Below are positions 23,186-33,001 of a DNA stretch of 64,000 nucleotides, in pieces. Made by a program: the position numbers and the translations under genes. Position 1 is the first letter of the stretch, and every line of letters begins with the position of its first letter. Origin of the DNA: an uncultured Methanomassiliicoccales archaeon. Lineage in GTDB: Archaea > Thermoplasmatota > Thermoplasmata > Methanomassiliicoccales > UBA472. The notes below the pieces were generated by a model. It had not been told where the DNA came from, did no database searches, and was given only the letters and a program-made list of their open reading frames with translations. Where the stretch lies: positions 1,344,001 to 1,408,000 of the forward strand of contig OY968769.1 of assembly GCA_963695345.1 (NCBI GenBank), written 5' to 3'.

Positions 23186-23725
23186 TTATGTCCTTTCCTT
23201 CATTCTCTGCAGGGCGTACTCCGCTCCCTTGCTGGCATAATAGCTCTTGTCCGAGATCAACGACTCCATCGCGGTGATGGACCTAATATCGACCAGTCCC
23301 ATGCGTTGTGCGAGCCTTCCAAGCGCCCAGGCGGCCATGCACCTGATCGTGGCCACATCGTCCCCCAGAAGGGCGGTCAACGGCTCAAGCGCTTCGATGG
23401 CTCCGATGCGCTGACCGGTAAGCTCTCCCAACGTCCAAGCGCTGTTCTCCCTGACCTCAGGATCTTCATCCCGAAGGGCGGTGATGAGCGGTTCAAGTTC
23501 GGCCAGGTCCCCGACCCCTGACTGCGCCAGCTTTCCCAGGATCCAAGAGGCCGTTTCCCGGCTGGCTTCAGACCCCTCCTCCAGAACGACCAGCAAAGGA
23601 GGTACCGAGGACAGCTCGCCGGCATCTTTCTGGGCCAATTCCGCCATCGCTCTCATTGCTTCGGTTCGCTTCCCCTCATCGCGTGATAGGATCTCGATGT
23701 TCAAGCGGTTAAGCGAAGGTGACAT
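23186..23725 (-). CDS. HEAT-repeat protein
   Basis: Repeated L..L...L.D....VR..AAWALG.L units. Confidence 0.82.
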   Translation of the reverse strand: MSPSLNRLNIEILSRDEGKRTEAMRAMAELAQKDAGELSSVPPLLVVLEEGSEASRETASWILGKLAQSGVGDLAELEPLITALRDEDPEVRENSAWTLGELTGQRIGAIEALEPLTALLGDDVATIRCMAAWALGRLAQRMGLVDIRSITAMESLISDKSYYASKGAEYALQRMKERT

Positions 23726-23729
23726 GATA

Positions 23730-23951
23730 TTAACCTGGTCCTGTTGAAACGGCAGCGGATTTCTTTCTAATGATAGGTTTTTCCTTGTAGAACTCACACG
23801 TCCCGTAGTCAATCTCCGGGCGGCATTCCCCATAATCGGCCTTCATGCCCAAAGCGTCATGCCGGAAGCGTCTGGCCTTGCAATTGGCACAACTGTCGTC
23901 CTCTGAATGCCATCGGCATCGCTTCTTGCCTGAGGTCTCGACCCTTAACAT
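23730..23951 (-). CDS. Small Cys-rich hypothetical protein (73 aa)
   Basis: CRW...CANC...C...CEFY; TATA-like sequence upstream; directly precedes the HEAT gene. Confidence 0.55.
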   Translation of the reverse strand: MLRVETSGKKRCRWHSEDDSCANCKARRFRHDALGMKADYGECRPEIDYGTCEFYKEKPIIRKKSAAVSTGPG

Positions 23952-24030
23952 CGTCCTGGAAAGAATATCATCTAACGAAATAAACATATTGAAGGCCGTT
24001 AACACAAGATTCGCGGGCGATTTTGGGCGA

Positions 24031-25554
24031 TCAGACGATCGGAACAAGGGATATTTTGGGAATGTCTCCCTCCCGGTCGATCACCAGAGCGTTGCATTCG
24101 GTGAATGGTTCGATGGAATACACCACCGTCGTCCCTCCGATGCGGTCCAGTCTGATGCGGTGGGTCGCCAGGTCCACCAATTTGTCCCTCGACCGGCTCG
24201 ATTGTGAAATGAATCCGACCAGTATGGCCTTGTTGCGCTTCACGCAGGCCAAATGGTCTGTGAAGTTGTCCATGACGTTCGGGACCGTAGATCGATTCCA
24301 GGGTGTCAAATCCTATGATCGACAACAAAGGGGTGGAGGTTCCCTTCAGCGAGAACGAGATCGATTTCCACCTAAGGTCGGTCTCGACGTCATTCCCTTC
24401 GATCGGCATGATGTATGGGTCGTTCGCCCCTTCGATCTGCGACGCGACCTCCGGAATGCGGACCTGCCTGGCGAACCGTTCATCGCCTATCAGACCAGAC
24501 ATCCTTTCCCTGGCCCCGCCGGACGTCTCCTTCTTGGTCGGGAGCCATAGCACGCCCCTTCCCAGGGAGGCGAAGTTCGCGACCATCGATTGCTCCAGCA
24601 GGCTGCAGGCTCCGGGCGGTACATCCGGTCCAAGCTCGACCAGCACGATCGATCCCGGAGGAACTCCGTTCTGCATCATCCGGTCCAGGTCCCTCATTCC
24701 CAGGGACACCCTTCCGGACATGTCCGGTATCGGGGTCCACCTCCTCTTCATCACCATCGATTCCGGCCTGTCCGGGAATGTCCTGATCCTGAGCCCCGTT
24801 CAAGGTGAACAGGTACTTCGGTTGGTTGATCTGGGTACCCCGAAGCTTGAGCAGGTTCATCTCCCGGAGCCTTCTCCGGTGATGGTCTGAAAGGGAGAGC
24901 TCGATCACCCCGTCACCCAGGTAGTCCAGGTATCGGTCGTTGCTCTCCAGAACAAAAATGAAATCGGCACGGCGCCTTTCCACCAGGTCCTTCTGGATCG
25001 TGGTGATCAGCGAGGCCTGGTTAATGCCGCAGGTCTCCGCCATCGCGTCTACGCTGTCCAGCACGACCAATGTGCGTTCGCTGCCGCAGCGCTCCAACGC
25101 CTCATAGATCTTCTCCAACGGTCCCAGTTCAACCCTGGTCTGTTGCAGGTTCTGCCCCATTCTGAGGTTTATGCCCTGTCCCCCATACCAGTTTCATCCG
25201 GCTGAACCAAGGTCTTTTCGGCCCTTCCGCATCATCGTCCGAGGCATCCTTTGTTATTGCCTCCTGGACCAATTCCTCTTCCTGCTTGCGCAGCATCTCG
25301 GCCCGGACACTTTCTCCGATGTCCTCTCCATAGACCTTGTTGGCCAGCCAGGGGAATTGGGTTAGTAGGAGGGCGTCCGACACCCTGGTGGAGAAGTAGA
25401 AGGAATTGTCGATCTCATCGATCTCTTCTATCGCTTGCAATGCAAAGGTGGTCTTACCCACACCTGCATTCCCACGTAGGATCAGAGAATGACCTCCGGT
25501 CGCCAAAAAGAACCGTCTAAGCTCTTCTGGTAGCATCCTTGCACTTTTGTCCAC
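24031..25554 (-). CDS. GvpD-like/KaiC-superfamily double RecA ATPase; three single extra bases (about 25182, 24795, 24282)
   Basis: GNAGVGKTT Walker A, YFSTRVS, VLDSVD, LDYLGDGVI, KLRG and a degenerate second domain; four ORFs join after removing one base in three G/C runs. Confidence 0.8.
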
Positions 25555-25711
25555 GAGGAACGACCCGCCTACAGTTCTCGTTCAGACATTTTTGGGTATA
25601 TATCTGCTAGCAGGAAAATAACAATTCTTGATATCCAGACACTGGATGTTGTAAAAGAAATGGAAAATTGGAAAGGATTTTAGCCTCTCTCCAAGAATGG
25701 ATCAGGTCGGC

Positions 25712-26714
25712 TCAGTCGCCCCAGATGGCCTCGAGGTTGACATGCCTGCGGACCAGGTCGGCGATGTGCTCGATCTTGTCCGAGTCGTTCGGGTTGATCC
25801 TGGCGACCAGGCGGTCGACCATTTCGGCGGTGACGGCGGTCGAGTGACCGACCAGCAGGACCGGTACCTTGAGCTCGTCGGCCTTGGCCAAGATCTGACG
25901 AGCCGGGTATAGGCCTCCGGTCAGGATAAGGCAGGACGTGTCCGTTGCCAGCGCCGCGGTGAGCATGTCCGATCGGTCCCCTCCGGCGATCATGGCCTTG
26001 CGGGGTAGTCGGCGCATGTCCTTCATTGCCGATTCGGCGGTCATGCCGCCCACCATGGTCTTCTCGATGGATCGTTCCAGGCCTTCCTCTCCGGCCAGGA
26101 CCTCAGCGTTGAGGGCTTCGGCGATCTCGCTGACGTGCAAGTATCCAAGCTCCCGGGCGACCGGTATCGAGCCAAGGACCCTTACTCCCGCTCCTTCCAG
26201 CAGCCTTTCCACTGCCGGGTCGTCCGACTTGTTCAGGATGACCCCCTTGAGCTTCAAGCCCCGCCTTCTCCATCAGCCTGGCATGGTGAGCTACCTTGTC
26301 CAGTGCATCCGGCTCATCGGTCGCCACCAGCACGATGTCGGCCCCGATGGCCTGGGCGATGCTCACTCCCTCCACTCGGTGAAGTGCGCCGGTGGTGAAG
26401 AGCTGGGGCGACTCCACGATCATGAACTCGGCCTCGCCCTTCACCCGATCGTACCCGGTCGTGATGGCGTCCATGCTGACCGGGCTGAAGATATCATATT
26501 TCAGGGGCGATAGCATTTCCTCGGTCGGCTCCAGGTCGAGGGCCTTCTTCATCAGGTAGGCGTCCCGGTCGACGACCCGGTTGTCGATGCAAAGTACATC
26601 CTCGCGGAACGGCTTGTAATAGCCGACCTTGCCCTTGTAGTTCTTAGCCAGACCTAGTGCTACCATGCTCTTTCCAGAGTTTTCGAACACCGAGCTTAGG
26701 AATAATGGTCTCAT
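25712..26714 (-). CDS. BioD-like/DRTGG-domain phosphotransacetylase N-terminal-like protein; one extra base near 26260
   Basis: SGKSMVALGL, GYYKP, GGDRSD and ILTGG; TGATG overlap with the acetate--CoA ligase gene. Confidence 0.83.
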
Positions 26715-28811
26715 CAATTCATCCTCCTTATGGTCACCAGCGCGTCAACCGCGTAGCAGCCCTTGCCTTCGTCCCCGACCATTACCGGGTTGACCTCCAG
26801 CTCGGAGATCTCGGGGAAATCGATCGCGATCTGTGAAATGCGGACCAGCACCTCCCTGAGGGAGTGCACGTCCGCCATCTTCCCGCCCCTAGCACCTGTC
26901 AAGATGGGGTAGGATTTGATAGATTTTATCATCGACTCGACGTTGTATTGCGTCAATGGGGCGATCCGTCTGGGAGACATCCTTCATGATCTCCACGAAG
27001 ACGCCTCCCAGACCGAACGTTATGACAGGTCCGAACTGCTCGTCCCTGGTCATGCCCACCAGGACCTCCTTTCCCTTCACCATTTGGCATACCGTTACCC
27101 CGTTCAATTTTGCACTCGGTGCGCGGCTTGCCACTTTCGACATCATCAGTTCGAAGTCGTTCTTCACCGCCTCTTCGGAGGCGGCACCGACGATGACCCC
27201 TCCCACGTCCGACTTGTGTGCGATGTCCGGCGAATCTATCTTCAGTACTACCGGGAAGCCGATCTTGGCGGCCGCCTTGGCCGCATCCTCCGCCGTCCTG
27301 GCGGTGACCTCCGCCGGCACTCCCACGCCGTATGCCTTGAGGATCTCTTTGCCCTCACTTTCAGATAATGAGGTCCTGCCTTCGGCATGGACCTTATCCA
27401 GCACCTCACGCACGCGGTCCTTGTCCCCTTCCACGGTGAGGATGATGGTGTCGTTGATCTCTTCCCTCATCTTCTTGTAGCGGACCATGGCGCCCAGCGC
27501 TCTGATGGCTTTGTCCGGGGACTCATAGTTAGGTATGTTGGCCTCCCTCAGCAGGTCGATCCCCTTGGACGTCTTGTGTCCTCCCACGAAGGCCGCCACG
27601 ATCGGAATCGGTACCTGGCCGGCGAACGATGATACCAGATGCGCCACCGCTCCAATGTCGACGGTGTCAAGTGGCGAAAGGAGGACTGCGATGCAATGTA
27701 CGTTGGGGTCTTCCATGACCGTCTTGATGGCGAACTCGTAGCGGGCGGCGGTCGCGTCTCCCAGCACATCGACCGGGTTGTAGATGTTCGCTTCCCCGGG
27801 CAGGTAGGCCTTCAGCTTGTCGATGGTCTCCTTCGTGAACTGCGCCAGCGTTAGGCCGTAATCGGAACAGGCATCCGCGGCCATGACTCCGTGGCCACCA
27901 GCGTTGGTCACGATCGCCAGCCCGTCGCCTTTGGGCAGCGGCATGTTGGCGAACACCTGGAGAAGGTCGAACATCTCATCGATGGTGCTGACCCTCATTA
28001 TACCCGATTGCCGGAAGGCCGCGTCATAGACCTTGTCGCTGCCAGACAGCGCACCGGTGTGCGACGAGGCCGCCTTCGAACCGCAGCTGGTCCTTCCGGA
28101 CTTGAGCACGATGATGGGCTTCTGCCTGCTGGTCTTGAGAGCGCTCCTCATGAACGCCTTGCCCCGGTTCGCCCCTTCGATGTACATACCGATGACCTTG
28201 GTCTGCTCATCGTCCCTCAGATAGGCCAGCAGGTCCGCCTCGTCTATGTCCACCTTGTTGCCGGTGCTGACGAACTTGGAGAAGCCGACCTTGGACTTGG
28301 TCGCCCAGTCCAGCATCGAGCTGCATACCGCTCCTGACTGGGAACTGATGGCGACCGGGCCGGCCTTGGGATAGATGTTGGTGAAGGTGGCGTTCATGTT
28401 GTGGTGGGCATTGATGATGCCCATGCAGTTCGGTCCGAGGATCCGTATTCCGTACTTCTTACCGATCTCGCCGATCTGCTTCTCCAGGTGGGCCCCTTCC
28501 TTGCCCAGTTCCTTGAATCCGGCAGTTATGATGATGACATCCTTGATGCCTTTCTTGCCCGCGTCCTCCATTACCGAGGGGACGAACGTGCTCGGGACAG
28601 TTATTATGGCTAGCTCAATAGGATTAGGTACTGCGGTCAGGGTAGGATATGCCTTATGGTCGAGTATCTCGGAAGCCTTCGGATTGATCGGGTAGAGTTC
28701 TCCCTTGAAACCAGACGCGATCAGATTCCTGAACATTATGTGCCCGATCTTGCGCTCTTCCGCTGAGGCTCCGACCACGGCAATGGAATTCGGTTCGAAT
28801 AGTGCCTTCAT
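26714..28811 (-). CDS. ADP-forming acetate--CoA ligase (fused alpha+beta); one extra base near 26973
   Basis: IAVVGAS, GPNCMG, SQSGA, SHTGAL phospho-His, NPVDVLGDA, HKSDVGGV and ELEVNP. Confidence 0.9.
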
Positions 28812-29168
28812 TTAATCATCTGCGGATTGGATTTTCTCGTGAAGGGGCAGGGGGAATTTAAAAGAATCGGAATCTGTACACAATAACAAACGTCACATGT
28901 CGATGTTCAAGGGTTTTTGCCACCAAAGTGGTGGTGAAATCACCGGAATCGTTGGAGCGTCCAATCATCACTGGATAGGTATTTTCAAGAATCAAGTAGC
29001 ATCGACAGTATCCATTAACAAAATCAGAATAATCGGACGTATTCTATAAACGACAAATGACGATAAATGAGCAGTCATAATGTTTCCGCATACAATTCCC
29101 TTGCAGATGGTAGGTACTTTCGATGACCCGAGAATTAACGTTATAATATTGCCCCCCCAACTTAGTAT

Positions 29169-29729
29169 ATGATGGCAGACGAGTGCGGTTGTTCATGGGC
29201 AAGCAGCGATCCTGAGATGAAAAAATACCATGATGAGGAATGGGGAAAGCCGGTGCATGACGATCGGCTGCTCTTTGAGTTCCTCATACTTGAGGGAGCG
29301 CAGGCAGGGCTCAGCTGGAAGACGGTCCTTCTCAAGCGTGATGCTTACCGGAAGGCGTTCGACAATTTCGAACCGGAGAAAGTGGCCCAATACGATGACA
29401 AGAAGGCCAAGGAGCTCATGTCAAACGCCGGGATCATAAGGAACTGGCGGAAGATCGAGGCGGCGGTGAACAATGCCAAGGGAGTAATGCAGATCCAGAA
29501 GGAGTTCGGAAGCTTCGACAGATATGTGTGGGGTTTCGTGGATGGAAAGCAGATCAGGAACGAATATGGCAGCATGAGCGAGATCCCGACCGAGTCTCAG
29601 GTATCGAAGGAATTGAGCAAGGACCTGAAGAAGAGGGGTTTCAGCTTCGTGGGTCCAACCATCATCTACTCGTTCATGCAGGCCGTGGGATTAGTGAATG
29701 ATCATGTCAAGGGCTGTCCACAACATTGA
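29169..29729 (+). CDS. tag: DNA-3-methyladenine glycosylase I
   Basis: C.W...YHDEEWG, LEGAQAGLSW, FVGPTIIYSFMQAVG...NDH...C. Confidence 0.95.
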   Translation: MMADECGCSWASSDPEMKKYHDEEWGKPVHDDRLLFEFLILEGAQAGLSWKTVLLKRDAYRKAFDNFEPEKVAQYDDKKAKELMSNAGIIRNWRKIEAAVNNAKGVMQIQKEFGSFDRYVWGFVDGKQIRNEYGSMSEIPTESQVSKELSKDLKKRGFSFVGPTIIYSFMQAVGLVNDHVKGCPQH

Positions 29730-29922
29730 TGGGGATCGCCCAGTTGCCGATCCTGTTCGGACGCTCATTAATGGAAGATGATAATTGAACGGTTTGATTT
29801 TATCTGCAACACCAGTCCTTATTATCTTTCATGAAAATAGGGCGAACATTCCTGTTGGCGGCAATCGTTTGGAGGTTCAAATGACCTCCTGCACGGCTCA
29901 TGGAAGCCTCAACCAAGCAGGA

Positions 29923-30874
29923 TCACTCTTGGGGACATGATCCATTCATCACATGCGCTAGGGTTTCCGCCTCGATGTAGATCCGTTTGATCTCAGGATA
30001 TGCCTTGCATAGGTCAGCCTCGATGCGATGGATCGACTCGTGCATCTGCTGGTCCGTTGTCCCCGCGACGAAGCACACTCCCATATTGATTATCAGGTCC
30101 TGGGGGCCCATGTACATGGTGAGGATGTCCCCTGCCTTTTCCACTGCTGGGTCCGACTCTACCCGCCGCCGGATGTCCTTCAGCTCTTCGGGGCTGACGC
30201 CCTCGCCCATCAGCAGACCCTTGGTCCGCGAGGCCAGGAACCAAGCCACGCTCATCAGCAGCAGACCGATGGCTATCGATGCTATGCCGTCCATGTATGG
30301 GTTGTGGAACATGTGGCCCAGGAATATTCCCAGGAACGCGAAGACCAGGCCCAACATGGCCGCGCTGTCCTCGAACACCACCGCGTATAGGCTCGGGTCC
30401 TTCGAACGCTTGATGAACTTCCAGGTTCCCATGTCCCCCCTCGCCCTGAGGAACGCTCGGAAGGCTATCGAGAACGATGCGCCTTCGACTAGAAGGGCGA
30501 TGGCGAGAACGATATAAGCTACCGTCGGATCCCCCAGTTCGGTGGACGGGGTGACGGAGGAAATGTAAGCTTATTCCCTCATATACTGACATGCCACCGC
30601 CGATGCCGAAGATGGAAATGGCGACGATGTTCGTCCAGAAGTACAGCGATTTGCCATAGCCGAACGGATGCTCGGCGTCCGCTGGCCTGCTGGCATCCTT
30701 TAGTCCCAGCAGCAGAAGGAGGCCGTTCCCGGTGTCTACGACCGAATGGATCCCCTCGGAGATCATGGCGGACGAGCCGGTGAAGATGGCCGCGATGAAT
30801 TTTATCACCGCTATGATCAGATTGCCGATAACGGCCGCGACGACCGCCAACTTAGACTCGCCATGTGATGCCAT
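29923..30874 (-). CDS. Cation diffusion facilitator (CDF) transporter; one extra base near 30572
   Basis: [16 protein letters not shown] and EDSAA; removing one base joins the two ORFs. Confidence 0.85.
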
Positions 30875-31132
30875 GCAATCCTCTTCCGACAACCCCTATC
30901 GTGTTCAAATCATTTATGGCCGAATGCTAGAAGCAAGTGGGTGAATCTCACTTTTGTGTAGCGTTCAGGATTTTTCTTTTCAGGTATGTCTGGCACGCAT
31001 CACGACCGTTTTAAAATTGCCCAGCATGTTCTCAACCCCAATGAAGGAAACGGCAACAAGCATTGATGAGCCTTCAATGAGCGCCAAGGGAATATGATTT
31101 CGCCAATGATAATTGACTGAATAGAAGAATGA

Positions 31133-31150
31133 GTGGGCTCAGCCGAGATT
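31133..31150 (-). repeat. att-like copy of the tRNA-Val 3' end
   Basis: GTGGGCTCAGCCG(A)GATT versus GTGGGCTCAGCCGGATT at 32833-32849. Confidence 0.75.
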
Positions 31151-31516
31151 ACACATCTCTAAAGCCTGATGATATAAAAAGGAAAGGCATTTTTTCAAAC
31201 GATTCGCAGAGCCAGTTATCCAAACAATTTTACCATTTAATTCTCGGGATATGCGTTAACAATTGCTCTATGAGGAACGTAACTATGCTTGGCCGGACCA
31301 ATGACGAGTTCAATTACTTATATAGGTAACTTTTCAGACTTCGATAGTAAAATCCCTTCTTCCCTTTTTTTCTTTAAGCAGGCTAGTTATAGATGTTGAT
31401 GGCCTCGCAGACAAATTCTGATCCAGGGCAAGGCCGATTGCAAATGAACACGACTCCCTATCAGCTAAGATAAGTATAAAGTATCACTTTACACATTATA
31501 TATTCTGCTGATCAGA

Positions 31517-32233
31517 ATGAGGACAGTGGCTCGAATAGAGAACAAAGTGCGAATAAGTGAGATAGCCAAGAGGTCTGGAGTCACTAAACCTACAATTCAT
31601 TACTATGTTCAGGAGGGCTTGTTACTCCCACCTTTGAAAACCTCGCGCAACATGGCCTATTACGACCTGGGTTGCGTCTCGGAAATTCATTTGATAAAGG
31701 AACTACAGACCAAGAGGCATCTTCCACTGTCCGCCATAAAACTAATGATGAAAGCAAGGCGCGAATGCCAAGAACCCAGTCACATTGCGGAGATGGGCTC
31801 CCTCTTGGAGGCTATCTTTTGTCCCATCGACCAGGAATCGGAAGTTGAAATCATGACCGGTCCCGAGCTGGTGGAGATTACAAATTTGCCTAAGAATGAT
31901 CTTTTAACTTTAGAGAACATGGGCTTGATAGCCCTAGGGAAAACCATTCAAGATCGTTCCAACCTGGACATATGCATTATTGGCATAGTGAAAAAGCTAT
32001 CGGAATTTGGTGTTAAACTCACAGACCTACGAGTTTATTGCCAATTCCTGAAGGTGATCCAGCAAGAAGCAGAAAAGATGCATTCTATGTTGCATGAGCT
32101 TCCGAACAGAGATCAACTACCGGTGTATGAAATATATTCAAAGTTAAACGACCTAAAAACGTGCCTGACGATTAAGGCATTACGGCAAGTTGCCCAAGAA
32201 TATGAGTATGGAAATGAAGAGGTGATGGTGTGA
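31517..32233 (+). CDS. MerR-family regulator (double-HTH type)
   Basis: RISEIAKRSGVTKPTIHYYVQEGLL...NMAYY, plus a second HTH-like segment ELVEITNL...LENMGLI. Confidence 0.88.
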   Translation: MRTVARIENKVRISEIAKRSGVTKPTIHYYVQEGLLLPPLKTSRNMAYYDLGCVSEIHLIKELQTKRHLPLSAIKLMMKARRECQEPSHIAEMGSLLEAIFCPIDQESEVEIMTGPELVEITNLPKNDLLTLENMGLIALGKTIQDRSNLDICIIGIVKKLSEFGVKLTDLRVYCQFLKVIQQEAEKMHSMLHELPNRDQLPVYEIYSKLNDLKTCLTIKALRQVAQEYEYGNEEVMV

Positions 32234-32436
32234 GAAAGAATATTTCCATAGCTATGGTCCTGGCGTTTGTAGTCGCTATGTTGACCGGCGTTGCAGAGGC
32301 GAGTCCAAACCATAGTGGCTTGCCTGCTGCTCATATCATTATCGTGTCGTTGTTCACAGCTGTTCTTTGTATCCATCTTTTTCTGAATAGAAAGGCTCTG
32401 TCGAGATATTTCATACCCCTCAAGGTCGAAAAATGA
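32230..32436 (+). CDS. Small 2-TM membrane protein with two His (DUF4405/cytochrome b-like)
   Basis: GTGA overlap with merR; LTG...AHII...IHLFLN pattern. Confidence 0.6.
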   Translation: MRKNISIAMVLAFVVAMLTGVAEASPNHSGLPAAHIIIVSLFTAVLCIHLFLNRKALSRYFIPLKVEK

Positions 32437-32833
32437 TATCAAAGAGGTGGTAATCCAGAGAATGTGTATATTGTCGTTGGCAACTGTAAGGATGGGCCCT
32501 CACCATTACCCGCAATCTGGGGGCTAGGCAGCGAGTTTGTCCGGAGCTATTGGCCACCTACGTAATAATAAATCTATACGAAGAACAGTCCTGAAGGCCA
32601 TGAGTCGTTATTTAATACGATTCCTACTCAGGAAGATATCGATTCGAACGTAGTGCTGCTGAGGATAATCATCTGCGAGGGAAAAAATAAATATTGTATT
32701 TCTGATATTAATTGAAACGCCAAGTGAGTAATCATTTATGATTCAGTAAAAGATGAAAATAATCGAATCGTTTATTGAGTCACTTATTGTTGAATTAGAT
32801 CTTGACTAAAATTGTTTAAAATTATAGAAAAGG

Positions 32834-32906
32834 TGGGCTCAGCCGGATTCGAACCGGCGACCTACGCCGTGTAAGGGCGTCGTTATAACCGCTAAACCAT
32901 GAGCCC
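32834..32906 (-). tRNA. tRNA-Val (anticodon TAC)
   Basis: Reverse complement: acceptor GGGCTCA/TGAGCCC, anticodon arm ACGCC-CTTACAC-GGCGT, T arm GCCGG-TTCGAAT-CCGGC. Confidence 0.96.
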
Positions 32907-33001
32907 AGCGTCTATGTCAATGGAGAGAACATATTAAAATCTAAGCGTAGGGTCGATAGGAAAAGAAAGGAAAAGGTTTGCTGACCCAACCGGCTATCGG
33001 C

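Larger units (their letters stand above)
31133..32849. mobile_element. AT-rich genomic islet integrated at the tRNA-Val 3' end (no integrase)
   Basis: Bounded by the tRNA-end direct repeat; visibly more AT-rich than the flanks; bacterial-type cargo. Confidence 0.65.

Noticed and set aside
24031-25554. Gas-vesicle gene cluster
   Set aside because: Only a GvpD-like ATPase is present, with no structural gvp genes
31129-31329. 66-aa ORF spanning the att site as an integrase fragment
   Set aside because: No tyrosine- or serine-recombinase motifs are recognisable
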